From an uncultured Mycoplasma sp. (lineage in GTDB: Bacteria; Bacillota_I; Bacilli_A; RF39; UBA660), in contig CAYXZZ010000001.1 of NCBI GenBank assembly GCA_964470055.1, positions 6,291 through 70,290 on the forward strand: DNA of 64,000 nt. The letters are read 5' to 3'. Made by a program: the position numbers and the translations under genes. The notes beneath the pieces were generated by a model. It did not search any database. It was given only the letters and a program-made list of their open reading frames with translations, and was not told the DNA's origin. Below are positions 38,759 through 50,350 of the stretch, in pieces; position 1 is the first letter of the stretch, and every line of letters starts with the position of its first letter.

Positions 38759-40801
38759 ATGAAAAAGAAAATATGGATAGTTATCATTTCTATTATAATA
38801 GCCTTAGTAGCTTTTGTACTTGTATATCGTTATTATAATAAGGAAGATAAAACAACAACATTAACCGTAACTGAAAAACGTTGGGTTGAAGAAAATAAAG
38901 ATCAAACATATGATTTTGAAGTCGTAAATGACTATCCTTTATATGGAATGAATGGAGAGGGTGTTATTTTCAACTTCATCTCAGACTTTGAAGAAGCAAT
39001 TGGTATTGAATTCAATAAAATCCCATACCTAAAAGACTCTAAAGACTCAACATCTGGTTTTAGAATTAGAATTTTAGACAATGATGAACAGTTAACAGAG
39101 AATGATTTACCTTTATTTACAGATAATTATATTGCTGTTGGTAAAGAACATAAAAGAATAAATCATATTAAAGATATGAAAAATATGACTATTGGAGTTT
39201 TCGCAGAAGATAGTGAAAATATTAGTTATTATTTAAAAAGTGGCACAAACCTATCTTACAAATCATACGAAAAGATAGAAGAATTATATGCTGCTTTAGA
39301 TGATGGTACAGTAGAAATGATTATTGTTCCAAATATTATGTATCTTGATTATGTAATTGAAAATGACAAATATGCTATCAATTATTTCTTTACTGAATAC
39401 CAAAAACAAATTGTTTTAACATTAAGCAGTAGCAATGATAAATTAAATGAAATAGTTGAAAAATACTATAACAAATGGCGTTATACAAAGTATGTAGAAG
39501 AGTACAATGCTGCATATTTAGATTACTATTTAGATAAAAATGAATTAACTGCTAAGGAAAAATCAACTTTAGTTTCAAAAACTTATGTCTATGGTTATGT
39601 TGAAAATGAACCATACGAATTAAAAGTACATAGTAAACTTGCAGGAATAGCCGGTGAATATATCAATAGAATGGCTCGTTTAGCAGACATTGATTTTAAA
39701 TATAAAAAATATTCATCTAAAACAGCCTTAGAAAAAGCAATTGAAAAAGGTGAAGTAGACATTTATTTTGACTATTATAACTATAGTGATGATAATTATC
39801 TACCAACTATTTCAACATTCATTGAAGACTACGTTGTTCTAGGAAAACAAGAAGATAATCATGTTGTTAATTCTTTTGAAAGTCTAAAAAACCAAAAAGT
39901 TTTAATGTTAAAAAACGATTCTCTTCATAGTTATTTTGAAAGTAACTCAAAAGCCAAAATAAAAACATACAAAACATTAGATGAAATGCTTAAAGAAGCA
40001 GATTCTGATTTAATAGTAGTAGATTATGAAATCTATTCATACTATCAAAATAGTAAGTTCAAAAACTATAAATTATTATATAAAGATACAATGATGAATG
40101 ATTATAAGTTCATGGTTCAAAAAGATAATGAAGCCTTCTATAATTTATTTAATTACATTATTAGTACAAATTCATATTACAATTATCGTAATACTGGAAT
40201 TGAAAACTTACATGCATCAATACTAGAAGATTCAACTCTAGAACAAGTATATACAATTATTTTAGCAATTATTTTTGTACCTTTAATTGTTTTAGGAATT
40301 ATCTACGTTATAATTAAAAAGAAAAATGAAATTAAGAAAATAAAAGCAACCGATAGACATAAATATACAGATATGTTAACTTCATTAAAAAATAGAAATT
40401 ATTTAAATGCCAAGATGGCTGAATGGGAAGAATGCAAAGTATTCCCACAATCAATAGTAATGGTTGACTTAAATAATGTTAAATATGTCAATGATAACTA
40501 TGGACATGAAGAAGGAGATCAACTAATCATCAAAGCAGCCGGTATCTTAGTAAATACACAATTAGAAAATAGTGAAGTTATTAGAACAGATGGAAATGAA
40601 TTCTTAATATATCTAGTTGGCTATAGTGATAGACAAATTTCTACATATACTAAAAAGTTAGAAAAAGAAATGAAATCATTACCACATGAATTTGGTGCCG
40701 CTGTAGGATATAGTATGATTACTGATGAAATCAAAACTTTAGATGATGCTATTAACGAAGCAACACTTGAAATGATTACAAACAAAGAAGAATATAAATA
40801 A
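38759..40801 (+). CDS. Sensor protein with a periplasmic solute-binding-like domain, one TM and a C-terminal degenerate GGDEF domain
   Basis: The C-terminus has the GGDEF-domain block 'VDLNNVKYVNDNYGHEEGDQLI'. The active-site motif is 'RTDGNEF' instead of RxGG(D/E)EF. Confidence 0.6.
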   Translation: MKKKIWIVIISIIIALVAFVLVYRYYNKEDKTTTLTVTEKRWVEENKDQTYDFEVVNDYPLYGMNGEGVIFNFISDFEEAIGIEFNKIPYLKDSKDSTSGFRIRILDNDEQLTENDLPLFTDNYIAVGKEHKRINHIKDMKNMTIGVFAEDSENISYYLKSGTNLSYKSYEKIEELYAALDDGTVEMIIVPNIMYLDYVIENDKYAINYFFTEYQKQIVLTLSSSNDKLNEIVEKYYNKWRYTKYVEEYNAAYLDYYLDKNELTAKEKSTLVSKTYVYGYVENEPYELKVHSKLAGIAGEYINRMARLADIDFKYKKYSSKTALEKAIEKGEVDIYFDYYNYSDDNYLPTISTFIEDYVVLGKQEDNHVVNSFESLKNQKVLMLKNDSLHSYFESNSKAKIKTYKTLDEMLKEADSDLIVVDYEIYSYYQNSKFKNYKLLYKDTMMNDYKFMVQKDNEAFYNLFNYIISTNSYYNYRNTGIENLHASILEDSTLEQVYTIILAIIFVPLIVLGIIYVIIKKKNEIKKIKATDRHKYTDMLTSLKNRNYLNAKMAEWEECKVFPQSIVMVDLNNVKYVNDNYGHEEGDQLIIKAAGILVNTQLENSEVIRTDGNEFLIYLVGYSDRQISTYTKKLEKEMKSLPHEFGAAVGYSMITDEIKTLDDAINEATLEMITNKEEYK

Positions 40802-40815
40802 AAAGGAAGTATAAT

Positions 40816-41667
40816 ATGGAGCAAGCAAGAGGTTTTTTTAAAAAAATTATTGAACTAATAAAAAAGCCTGAGTTAAGGATTTTACCTGGCCAGCTTGCTT
40901 TTTTTCTTGTCTTATCATTGATACCATTAGTCGCTCTTATTGGAGCCATCGCATCAGCACTATCAATACCTGTTGATACAATTAGAAGTGCTATAGATGG
41001 TGCTGTTCCCAAAGCCGTGGCTGATATTATTGCTAATGTTATGACTGCTCAAGGATTAAATTTTAATGTAGTTGCTTTCTTTGTAGCAGCCTTCGTCCTA
41101 GCATCAAATGGTGCAAATTCAATGATTATTACTTCTAATGAAATATATAAAATCAAATCAGAAGGTTATTTTAAACGAAGAATAAAAGCAATTTTAATGA
41201 CTGTTTCCTTAGTAGGCCTATTCTTTTTCCTACTAGTAGTTCCTGTTTGGGGAGATACCATCTTTGAAATTATTGCCGGATCAATTTCTAAAAATATACC
41301 TATTGATTTTATCTATCGATTGTTTAAATTACTACAATATCCAATTACAATTATAATTTTATATTTTAACATTAAACTAATATATGTTATTGCTCCAGAT
41401 GAAAAAATAGAAAGTACTAGTGCAACTAAAGGATCAATCTTTACAACGGTAGGCTGGATTTTAGCCACAGAAATTTATTCCTTTTATATAGCAACATTCT
41501 CAAACTATAGTCTATTTTATGGTAGCATCTCAAATGTTATAATTTTACTACTTTGGGTATACATCTTATCATACATTTTTGTCCTAGGTATGATTTTGAA
41601 TGCCGGAAGTTATAAGGCTCTGGAAGAAAAAAAGCCACTTAAAGAAATAATCAAAAGCGATGTGTAA
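40816..41667 (+). CDS. YihY/BrkB-family membrane protein
   Basis: 'PGQLAFFLVLSLIPLVALI' start and six TM, typical of YihY. Confidence 0.65.
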   Translation: MEQARGFFKKIIELIKKPELRILPGQLAFFLVLSLIPLVALIGAIASALSIPVDTIRSAIDGAVPKAVADIIANVMTAQGLNFNVVAFFVAAFVLASNGANSMIITSNEIYKIKSEGYFKRRIKAILMTVSLVGLFFFLLVVPVWGDTIFEIIAGSISKNIPIDFIYRLFKLLQYPITIIILYFNIKLIYVIAPDEKIESTSATKGSIFTTVGWILATEIYSFYIATFSNYSLFYGSISNVIILLLWVYILSYIFVLGMILNAGSYKALEEKKPLKEIIKSDV

Positions 41668-41752
41668 AAAAACTCATCGCTTTTTCTAATGCTTATAAGG
41701 AGATTGAAAAATATATAATAGAGTGATATAATTATATAAGCGAGGTATAGAT

Positions 41753-43819
41753 ATGAAAAGAATAAAGATTGGTTTAAAAAAACTTAAAGACAGCACTAAT
41801 AAAGTAATTAAAAAAATCAAAACAGAACATTTAATCGAGAAATATATTAAAGATAATGTCTTATTTTTAACTTTTGTAATTGTTGGCGTATTAAACGCTT
41901 CATTATTAAGAAGTTTTTGTATGCCCACACTTAAAAGTATATTTTCAATTCAAGCAATATTAGCCGATACAGCAGTAGTAATCATAATTGGTGCTTTTGG
42001 ATACTTCTTAAAACCAAAAAATCGTTTTGCTTACTATTTCTCATTTACCATTTTTTTAATGGCTATTTGCATGATTAATTCAGTCTATTATACATACTAT
42101 ACGTCTTTTGCTTCAATTTCAATGTTATCTCTAACTCAATATGTTGGAGAAGTAGGCGATGCCGTAACTGAAAACGTCATCCAATTAAAAGATTTAATTT
42201 ATATTATTGGCCCAATCGTTATGTTTATAATCCATCGCAAACTAAAAAAACAAAATTATTATAAACGTATAATTGTCAAATCAGAACGTAAGAAAAAAGC
42301 CTTTACTACTTTAATTACAGGAGTATGTATTGCTGGAGTATTCCTATTAACTTTGACACCAACTGACATCAGTAGATTATTAAAACAATGGAATAAAGAA
42401 TATATTGTTCAATGCTTTGGTATTTATGTTTATCAAGGAAATGATGTCATTTCAACAATCCAACCAACCATCAATTCAATGTTTGGTTATGACAAAGCAA
42501 ACAAATCATTTGTTGAATATTTTGAAGGAAAACAAGAAGTTCAAACGAATGCCTATACAAACATCTTTGAAGGGAAAAATGTCTTAGTAATCCATGCAGA
42601 AAGCATGCAAACAAATGCTATGGAACTATCTTTCAATGGTGAAGAAGTAACTCCAAACTTAAATAAACTTGCAAGTGAAGGAATGTTTTTCTCAAACTAT
42701 TATTCCCAAGTTAGTGTTGGTACTAGTAGTGATGCTGAATTAACGTTTAATACTTCTTTAATGCCTACAAAAAGTGGTACAGCCTTTGTATCTTATCCGG
42801 ATAGAACTTATATTTCTACGCCATCATTATTAAAAGAAAAAGGTTATTATACATTCAGTATGCATGCTAATAACGCTGATTTCTGGAATAGACGAGTAAT
42901 GCATACTAGTTTAGGCTATGATAGATTTTATAGTAAAGCCGATTATGAAATAACCGATGAAAATATAATTGGTCTAGGTTTAAGTGACAAAGAGTTCTTT
43001 GCTCAGTCAATTGAAAAATTAAAAAAGATCGATAGTAAACATGAAAATTGGTATGGGTTAATGATTATGTTATCAAATCATACACCATTCTCAGATACAG
43101 AAAAATATGGTGACTATTCTGTTGATATAAAAGAAACTATCACTAATGAAGATGGAACAACAGAAGAAGTTGTATATCCATATATGGAAGCTACTAAATT
43201 AGGAAACTACTATAAGTCACTTCATTATGCTGATGAGGCTCTAGGAGAATTAATCACTGGGCTAGATGAAGCGGGACTATTAGAAAACACAGTCTTAGTT
43301 ATCTATGGAGATCATGATGCTAGAATTTCTAGAAAAGAATATAACTATTTATACAACTACGATAAAGAAAATGATGACATTCTAGATGATGATGATCCAA
43401 ACTATGTTGAATATGATTCCTACCAATATGAATTAGGTAGAAAAGTTCCATTTATCATTTGGACAAAAGATATGAAAGGAACTAGTCTAAACCAAGAAAT
43501 AACAAATGTCATGGGAATGTATGATGCCATGCCTACACTTGGAAATATGCTAGGTTTCTATAATGAATATGCTTTAGGACATGATATCTTCAGTATTAAA
43601 GAAAACAATATTGTCGTTTTCCCTAATGGAAACTGGGTAACTAATAAAGTCTACTATAACAGTCAAAAAGGAGAATATCTTTCACTTGTAAACGAGGCAA
43701 TAAGTGAAGAAGAAATAAAATATAATAACGAGTATGCAACAACCTTATTAGATGTTTCTAATGATATAATTGTCTTTGATTTACTAAAACCAAAAGAAGA
43801 TATAGATATAGAAGAATAG
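41753..43819 (+). CDS. LTA synthase (LtaS) family protein
   Basis: Five N-terminal TM, then a sulfatase domain with 'NVLVIHAESMQ', 'MLSNHTPF' and 'VIYGDHDA'. Confidence 0.7.
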   Translation: MKRIKIGLKKLKDSTNKVIKKIKTEHLIEKYIKDNVLFLTFVIVGVLNASLLRSFCMPTLKSIFSIQAILADTAVVIIIGAFGYFLKPKNRFAYYFSFTIFLMAICMINSVYYTYYTSFASISMLSLTQYVGEVGDAVTENVIQLKDLIYIIGPIVMFIIHRKLKKQNYYKRIIVKSERKKKAFTTLITGVCIAGVFLLTLTPTDISRLLKQWNKEYIVQCFGIYVYQGNDVISTIQPTINSMFGYDKANKSFVEYFEGKQEVQTNAYTNIFEGKNVLVIHAESMQTNAMELSFNGEEVTPNLNKLASEGMFFSNYYSQVSVGTSSDAELTFNTSLMPTKSGTAFVSYPDRTYISTPSLLKEKGYYTFSMHANNADFWNRRVMHTSLGYDRFYSKADYEITDENIIGLGLSDKEFFAQSIEKLKKIDSKHENWYGLMIMLSNHTPFSDTEKYGDYSVDIKETITNEDGTTEEVVYPYMEATKLGNYYKSLHYADEALGELITGLDEAGLLENTVLVIYGDHDARISRKEYNYLYNYDKENDDILDDDDPNYVEYDSYQYELGRKVPFIIWTKDMKGTSLNQEITNVMGMYDAMPTLGNMLGFYNEYALGHDIFSIKENNIVVFPNGNWVTNKVYYNSQKGEYLSLVNEAISEEEIKYNNEYATTLLDVSNDIIVFDLLKPKEDIDIEE

Positions 43820-43832
43820 AAAGGGAGATATT

Positions 43833-44459
43833 ATGAAATTAAAGAAAAAGCCGAAAATAATCTTATATAGTGTTATCGCAATTTTTCTAATTGTCTTAGC
43901 CGCAGTACTAGTAATAACATTTATGCCAGACAAAAAACAAGAAGTAAAAGAGGTAAAAGTTTTAAAATCAATTGAAGCCTATCAATATGATTTAAAGGAT
44001 AACAAAACAGAAACATATAAAAAGATGTTTAAAGAATTAGAAAATATTCTTCGAGAGGATGAAGTAAGTGATGAAGAATACGTAAAAAAGATTGCCGAAA
44101 TGTTTGTTTATGATTTCTATTCACTAGCCGATAAAAGCGCTAAAACCGATGTTGGAGGAGTAGACTTTGTTCATCCTAATGCTCTTCAAAATTTCTTAGT
44201 AAATGCACAAGACACTTATTATAAATATGTAGAAAGTAACTTGTACGGTGAAAGAGAACAAAAACTCCCAACAGTTGATTCCATTACAATAGAAAGTGCT
44301 ACTTCAACAGAATACGTTTATAACAGTCAAAAACTATCTGCCTACGACGTCAAAGTAACATGGACATATACAGATGAAGCATATTCTAGTTATCAACAGT
44401 CCGCAACCTTAACCTTTGTTAAAGAAGATATTAAATTCTATCTAGTAGAACTTCAATAA
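43833..44459 (+). CDS. Membrane-anchored hypothetical protein
   Basis: N-terminal TM, 208 aa, translationally coupled to the LtaS-like gene. Confidence 0.4.
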   Translation: MKLKKKPKIILYSVIAIFLIVLAAVLVITFMPDKKQEVKEVKVLKSIEAYQYDLKDNKTETYKKMFKELENILREDEVSDEEYVKKIAEMFVYDFYSLADKSAKTDVGGVDFVHPNALQNFLVNAQDTYYKYVESNLYGEREQKLPTVDSITIESATSTEYVYNSQKLSAYDVKVTWTYTDEAYSSYQQSATLTFVKEDIKFYLVELQ

Positions 44460-44500
44460 GAGATAATAAATCTCTTTTTTTTGGACAAAAAAGAAGATGT

Positions 44501-46552
44501 TTATTCATCTTCTTCAGTAGTAGGAGCAGAACTAGGAGTTGGTGTTGCGGAAGCACTAGGTGATGGAGTAGGTGTACTACTTGAACTTTCACTCGATTCA
44601 TTATCTGAACTAGAATCTTGTTTAGCGTCTTCCATTTCCTCCTCATTAGTTTCTTCTTCCTCAACCGCAGTACTTGCTAATGTCAATACTAAAGTATCAC
44701 TAATTTTATCAATTCGCTTACTTGCTGGATAACTTTGAGCAGTAACTGTATCACCATCACCTTCAAACTTAACAGATAATCCTAAACTAGCCGCTCTAGC
44801 TGCAGCAGTTGCCTCTGTCATACCAATAAAGCTAGGAAGTAATGTATAATTATTATACCCTGAACTATAAGGACCTTTTCCCACAATAGTTTTCTCATAT
44901 GGATTATTAATTGAAAAACTAAATGATGTAATTTCTTTATGATCTATTAATTCCAAATTTTCCTTCATCGCCTGAACAATATCTTTTTTACTATTTGTAT
45001 TAGGAACATAATTATACAATACCATTCTCATTCTTTCATCATAAATCATTTGACTAGAACCGGCTAAATACAACTGTTGAATATTAATTAAATCTGCTTC
45101 TTCAGAACTTAAACTTTTCTTTATAATATCTTTTCCAATATTATAAAATTCTAATATTTGTTTTGTAGTAAGGTTAGTATCTAAACTATTTGATACTGTA
45201 TCGAGTATCGATGTAAATTGACTAACTTTAGTAATTGTTTTCATTTTGTTAATTAAAGCCATTATAATTTCTTGTTGATGTTGTGCTCTACCAAAATCTC
45301 CATTAACAAGGGCTTTTCTATTTCTAGCATATACTAATGCTTGCTCCCCATTAAGAGTTTGTAACCCAGGCTCAACACAAACCGTGCCACTACGATCAGA
45401 ACTATCAGTACATAATCTTTGTTCTACATTGATTTCAACACCACCAACAGCATCTACCAATTTAACTAATCCCTTAAAGTTTATCTTTGCGTAATAATCA
45501 ATTTGAACACCAAAATAATTTTGAATTGTATTAATCATACAGTCATTTCCATATCCTGCCGCATGAGTAATTTTATTTTCATCTTTATTTGACCAACAAG
45601 CAATTGGTACATAACTATCTCTTGGTATAGAAACCATAGTAGCATTCAAAGTTTTAGGATTAAATGTAATTAATATTAATGTATCTCCATTCGCAACAGC
45701 ATTCTTTGATAAAACTTCTACCGTTGAATCAATTCCCATTAAAAGTATTGTAAAAGGTTCAGTAACAGATTTATTAACTGAAGCAAATTCTATATCAGAA
45801 GTAGCAGACTTTTTCATTTCCTTACTTTTTTCTGCAACTATTTTTGTATCAGTAGCAATATCTTCATATCCTGTAATTCCAGAAAACATATCTACATAAC
45901 TATCTGGAACAAATACAGCACCAAGCTCATCAGCATATAAATCAACTATCATACTAGAATAATCTTCATAAGATTTTATAATATTAGAATCATTCAACTT
46001 ATATTCATCTATAATTTCTTGTGGAATAATATATCCATCTGGAGAATCCTCATCATTCAAAATTCCTACTACATAATCATTAATATCTTCAATTTCCGTA
46101 GCCGGATTATCAGACATTGTAATTAAATAGGAAGTATAAGTAACCATTTCCTTATTTATATTATCAACTTTTCCATATAAATAATTAATTACAAAAGCAA
46201 CTCCAAAACATAACAGAGCATAAATAATAGTTAATATTACATAAGCAATATGTTTCTTTCTTTTCTTCCGCCTATTACTTTTTATAAGTATCAACTTTAC
46301 TAAAATAATCAAATCAATAAGTGCCACTAATCCAATAACTATGTATCTAATCAATGGTTCAATCGCACCCAACAGTAACAATTCATATATTAAAAAAGCA
46401 CTAGATACAAGAGCAATAATCACAAGTATCATTAAAAATACAAAACCAATTCCTAACTTTTTACTTGAATTTTCTATCTCCTCAGTATCTTTTTTCTTCT
46501 TTATTTTCTTTTCCTTTATCTTTTTTTCTTTAGGTTCTTTTTCTTTCGCCAT
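44501..46552 (-). CDS. LytR-CpsA-Psr (LCP) family glycopolymer ligase with a PASTA-like domain and an acidic Ser/Thr/Pro tail
   Basis: N-terminal TM, LCP block 'MVSIPRDSYV' and 'ITHAAGYG', and a PASTA-like 'LLPSFIGMTEATAAARAASLGLSVKFEG'. Confidence 0.7.
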   Translation of the reverse strand: MAKEKEPKEKKIKEKKIKKKKDTEEIENSSKKLGIGFVFLMILVIIALVSSAFLIYELLLLGAIEPLIRYIVIGLVALIDLIILVKLILIKSNRRKKRKKHIAYVILTIIYALLCFGVAFVINYLYGKVDNINKEMVTYTSYLITMSDNPATEIEDINDYVVGILNDEDSPDGYIIPQEIIDEYKLNDSNIIKSYEDYSSMIVDLYADELGAVFVPDSYVDMFSGITGYEDIATDTKIVAEKSKEMKKSATSDIEFASVNKSVTEPFTILLMGIDSTVEVLSKNAVANGDTLILITFNPKTLNATMVSIPRDSYVPIACWSNKDENKITHAAGYGNDCMINTIQNYFGVQIDYYAKINFKGLVKLVDAVGGVEINVEQRLCTDSSDRSGTVCVEPGLQTLNGEQALVYARNRKALVNGDFGRAQHQQEIIMALINKMKTITKVSQFTSILDTVSNSLDTNLTTKQILEFYNIGKDIIKKSLSSEEADLINIQQLYLAGSSQMIYDERMRMVLYNYVPNTNSKKDIVQAMKENLELIDHKEITSFSFSINNPYEKTIVGKGPYSSGYNNYTLLPSFIGMTEATAAARAASLGLSVKFEGDGDTVTAQSYPASKRIDKISDTLVLTLASTAVEEEETNEEEMEDAKQDSSSDNESSESSSSTPTPSPSASATPTPSSAPTTEEDE

Positions 46553-46754
46553 AAAGTAACCTCCAATCTACGAATTCTACAATAAATTATACCCCAAAAT
46601 AGAGTAATTTATCAAGGTTCCAATAGAAGCAATAAAAATATTTTTTCTTCTTTGTAAAAAAATGTAAAATAATGTGAAAACTCCCAGTAATATTTAAAAT
46701 GCATATATATATTTGATATAATATTATTAAATAATATGATGGAGGTCTAGGCAT

Positions 46755-49700
46755 ATGAAAAAGAAGATATTATTTTTTATATTCATACTTACAATCAGTT
46801 TCTTTTCCATAAAAGATACTCATGCTTATTCAAAATCAGATTACGCTAGTAGAACATTATGTGGTAATTTTGAAGTTTCATTATTTAAAGTCGATGGTAC
46901 AATTGAAGCACAAAGTTGTCATGCTACTTTCGAAGAAGCAAAAGCGGCAATGCTTGCTGATGGGAATCAAGATTTAGCCTTACTTGCCAAAATAGGAACG
47001 GAAATAAAAATATTGGATGCTAATGCTGCGTTAGTAGATTTTTCTAATACAACCAGTGTGTTTTATATATATCCCACAAGTCAAATTACAAAAGATACAG
47101 AACACACATATATGACAGGGGATAGTGCTTATGGTGGGGGAGATGGAGTTTTAATTAATTCTGGTTATTCCACAACATCTAATACTTTCACAACTCAAGT
47201 AAAAATTAACGGTTACACAGGTTGGGTAAGAAGTGGTGTTGTAGAAATAGTACCTCTTGTTTGGGTAAAATCATCAAGTAGTTATACAATCTCTAATGAA
47301 TCAATCAGACATAACTTTGTTACTAAAATTCAAAATACATATACCGGAAGTTCTGGTACTACAATCGGACCTAAACCAGAAAACATTGATGTAGGAACCT
47401 ACTATAGTTATGATGGTCATTATTTCTATACTGACAGATATAAAATGGTTGCGGACTACAAGGCTGGCCACTATGACAATTCCATAAATAAAGATAACCC
47501 GTACTACAACTATTATCAGTTTTTACCACAACACACGAGAACAACTTATTCAAGTCTAAACATTGATGAATACATTCGAAATGTCATGGGTTATGGAAGA
47601 GATGTCTTTGGAACAACAGCCCTTGTTAAAGATGGAGTATCATCATCAAGACTATATGGTCAAGGAACATTCTTTTACAATTCTCAAGAATTATATGGAG
47701 CCAATGCCTTACTTGCTTTTGGTGTTAGTAGAAATGAAACTGGAAATGGAAAAAGTAATTTAGCCATTAATAAAAATAATGGTTTTGGACTAAATGCAGT
47801 AGACTCTAATCCGACTCTAGGTTCAACATATTTTTCAACATTCTCTCAAAGTATTTTAGATTATGGATATTCTTGGGTAGCCTATGGTTATTCAGAACCA
47901 ACAGATCGGCGTTATTTTGGTGCTCAAAATGGAAATAAATTTGTTGGAATGAATGTTAAATATGCATCTGATGTTTATTGGGGAGAAAAAATGGCCTCTA
48001 ATTATTACAACTTAGACAAAGCCTTTGGCTTACAAGATTATAATTTTTATCAAACCGCTGTAACAACAAAATCAACAACAGCACAGTCTGCTCCAACTAC
48101 TAGTACCTCAAATTATGTCTACACTTATCCATCAGCCGATAACGGATTAGTAATATTAGATGAGGTAGAGGGAGAAGAAGTAGATGGAAATACCTTATGG
48201 TATAAAGTTGTCTCTGATATGAACATTGATTCCAACTTCAACCAACTTACAACAGGTTATTACAATTGGAATTCCTATGTCTATGTGCCAGCAGCACACG
48301 TTATAAAAACCAATACAGGAAAAAATGGTTACATTTCACCAAACGAAGTAACTGAATATCAAGATAAATATTATACTTATGACTTGCATACCTCCGGTGG
48401 AATTTTATATCCAGAAGTTGCGATTTCAGTCAAAGATACAAGTTACTACTACGATTCAACTTTAATCAGTAAAACTGGTCAAACTTTATTAAAAGATAGA
48501 TATGTAATGGTATATACAACAGCTTATGATAAAGATAAAAATGTTGTTGCCTACCAAGTTACATCTCATTATAAGTATTCCCAAAAACATTGGGTAAGTG
48601 CCGATTCCATTAAATTTGTAAGTAGTAAATACGGTCAGGCCAGTGTAACAGTAGATGGCGTAAATACTTATACAATTGTTAATCCAACTACTGTTGATGA
48701 TTTATCTACCCATATAAGCGGTTTATATCATTATGCCTATACACCAATTCTTGAAGAAAAAACTGTTGATGGTTATCTTTGGTACAAAGTACCAGTTAAT
48801 TTAAGTGGAACAGATAACGTTTATGGTTGGACTTTAGCAACCGCCCCAGATGTTGCAATTAATGTTTACCAATATACTGCCACTAACTCTGCACCAGTCA
48901 TCACCGCAACAGATAAAACAATAATTCAAGGAAGAGAATTTGATGAACTTGAAGGTGTAAGCGCAACAGATTCCGAAGATGGAAACATTACTTCCGCTAT
49001 TGAAGTTACAGAAAATACAGTCGATATAAATACACCGGGAACATATAAAGTCACTTATCAAGTCGCAGACACATCCAAAGATACAACAACAAAAACCATC
49101 ACAGTAACTGTCCTTGCTGATGAAGAACCAGTAATTAATGCTTCAAACAAAACAATTACTATTGGAAAAAGCTTTAATCCTAAATCTGGTGTTACCGCAA
49201 CAGATAATGAAGATGGTGAAATAACTGAAATTACAGTAGACGATAGTAAAGTAAAATACGATGCAGTAGGTGAGTATGAAATTACATATACAGTACAAGA
49301 TAGTTTTGGTCACACTGTCACAAAGACAATCATTCTTACTATCAAAGAAAAGGCTACATTAGATGAAAAGATTGAACAAGAAGGAACTTTCTATTTTGAC
49401 TATTTAGACAATATAAATAACAATCTTCAATTAAGAGGGTACCTCACAATAAGTGGTATGAATAATACTCTTAATGAAGATATTACTTATTCTGTGGTTT
49501 TTATTGATACTCAAAATGAAGAAAACACTTACACACAAGATGCCACTAGAATTACAGAGCTAACTGGTATTAATAGACCAATCTATTCCGTAGATGGATA
49601 CACATACACTCACTCTTGGTTTGTAATCGATATTGACATAGATTCTCTACCAGTAGGAAACTACACAATGGAAGTTATTGCTGAAGGAGAAGAATACTAC

Positions 49701-50306
49701 TCAAAATCTTTAGTAAACAACAAACTATATAAAACAGAAATTACTAGTTATTCAAACAAAAATAATTACGTAAATATCAAAAATAATTATAGTGATAGAA
49801 CAAGTGCAGTCACACTTTATATAAGAAATGAAGAAACTCCATTAAAAACAGTAGGAAGTTATTATAATCAATATGATATTTGGAGAGTGTTTGAATTTGT
49901 CGACAATAAACTTCATATTAAGGGAGCATCATATTCGTATGGAATGGACCTTTCCACAAACACAACAGTAACCAGAACAATGATTTTTGAAGATCAAACA
50001 ACTTATGAAACATATGAATTTGATCTTGGTAGTATTACAAATGGTCTTTATACAGTTGCTCTTCCAGTATCTGATAATCTTGATAAAACAAGAGCCTGGT
50101 ATGATGCAGAAATAGATATTTCAACGCTTCCTAAAGGAAATTATAAAATCTATGTCACAACTTCATCTAATATAACTGATTATTCAGAATTTACTGACAA
50201 CCTAGGAAGAGATTTATCTACTAAAAAAATCATTATCAATCAAAAATCATATCAATTTAAACTTAATTTAGAAGATGGAAACTGTATAGAATTAGAGGTA
50301 TCGTAA
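46755..50306 (+). CDS. Large secreted glycoside hydrolase with a GH73 N-acetylglucosaminidase domain and Ig-like repeats
   Basis: Signal peptide. GH73 blocks 'GNGKSNLAINKNNGFGLNAV' and 'KYASDVYWGEK'. Ig-like repeats 'EGVSATDSEDGNITSAIEV...GTYKVTYQV' and 'GVTATDNEDGEIT'. Confidence 0.65.
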   Translation: MKKKILFFIFILTISFFSIKDTHAYSKSDYASRTLCGNFEVSLFKVDGTIEAQSCHATFEEAKAAMLADGNQDLALLAKIGTEIKILDANAALVDFSNTTSVFYIYPTSQITKDTEHTYMTGDSAYGGGDGVLINSGYSTTSNTFTTQVKINGYTGWVRSGVVEIVPLVWVKSSSSYTISNESIRHNFVTKIQNTYTGSSGTTIGPKPENIDVGTYYSYDGHYFYTDRYKMVADYKAGHYDNSINKDNPYYNYYQFLPQHTRTTYSSLNIDEYIRNVMGYGRDVFGTTALVKDGVSSSRLYGQGTFFYNSQELYGANALLAFGVSRNETGNGKSNLAINKNNGFGLNAVDSNPTLGSTYFSTFSQSILDYGYSWVAYGYSEPTDRRYFGAQNGNKFVGMNVKYASDVYWGEKMASNYYNLDKAFGLQDYNFYQTAVTTKSTTAQSAPTTSTSNYVYTYPSADNGLVILDEVEGEEVDGNTLWYKVVSDMNIDSNFNQLTTGYYNWNSYVYVPAAHVIKTNTGKNGYISPNEVTEYQDKYYTYDLHTSGGILYPEVAISVKDTSYYYDSTLISKTGQTLLKDRYVMVYTTAYDKDKNVVAYQVTSHYKYSQKHWVSADSIKFVSSKYGQASVTVDGVNTYTIVNPTTVDDLSTHISGLYHYAYTPILEEKTVDGYLWYKVPVNLSGTDNVYGWTLATAPDVAINVYQYTATNSAPVITATDKTIIQGREFDELEGVSATDSEDGNITSAIEVTENTVDINTPGTYKVTYQVADTSKDTTTKTITVTVLADEEPVINASNKTITIGKSFNPKSGVTATDNEDGEITEITVDDSKVKYDAVGEYEITYTVQDSFGHTVTKTIILTIKEKATLDEKIEQEGTFYFDYLDNINNNLQLRGYLTISGMNNTLNEDITYSVVFIDTQNEENTYTQDATRITELTGINRPIYSVDGYTYTHSWFVIDIDIDSLPVGNYTMEVIAEGEEYYSKSLVNNKLYKTEITSYSNKNNYVNIKNNYSDRTSAVTLYIRNEETPLKTVGSYYNQYDIWRVFEFVDNKLHIKGASYSYGMDLSTNTTVTRTMIFEDQTTYETYEFDLGSITNGLYTVALPVSDNLDKTRAWYDAEIDISTLPKGNYKIYVTTSSNITDYSEFTDNLGRDLSTKKIIINQKSYQFKLNLEDGNCIELEVS

Positions 50307-50350
50307 GATGCCTCTTTATTATGAGATAATTAATAAATTACTTAACTTTT

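Noticed and set aside
44481-44732. 83-aa + strand ORF rich in Ser/Leu/Val
   Set aside because: It lies antisense to the low-complexity acidic tail of the LCP gene (44501..46552), has no RBS, and is a mirror of the repetitive coding sequence.
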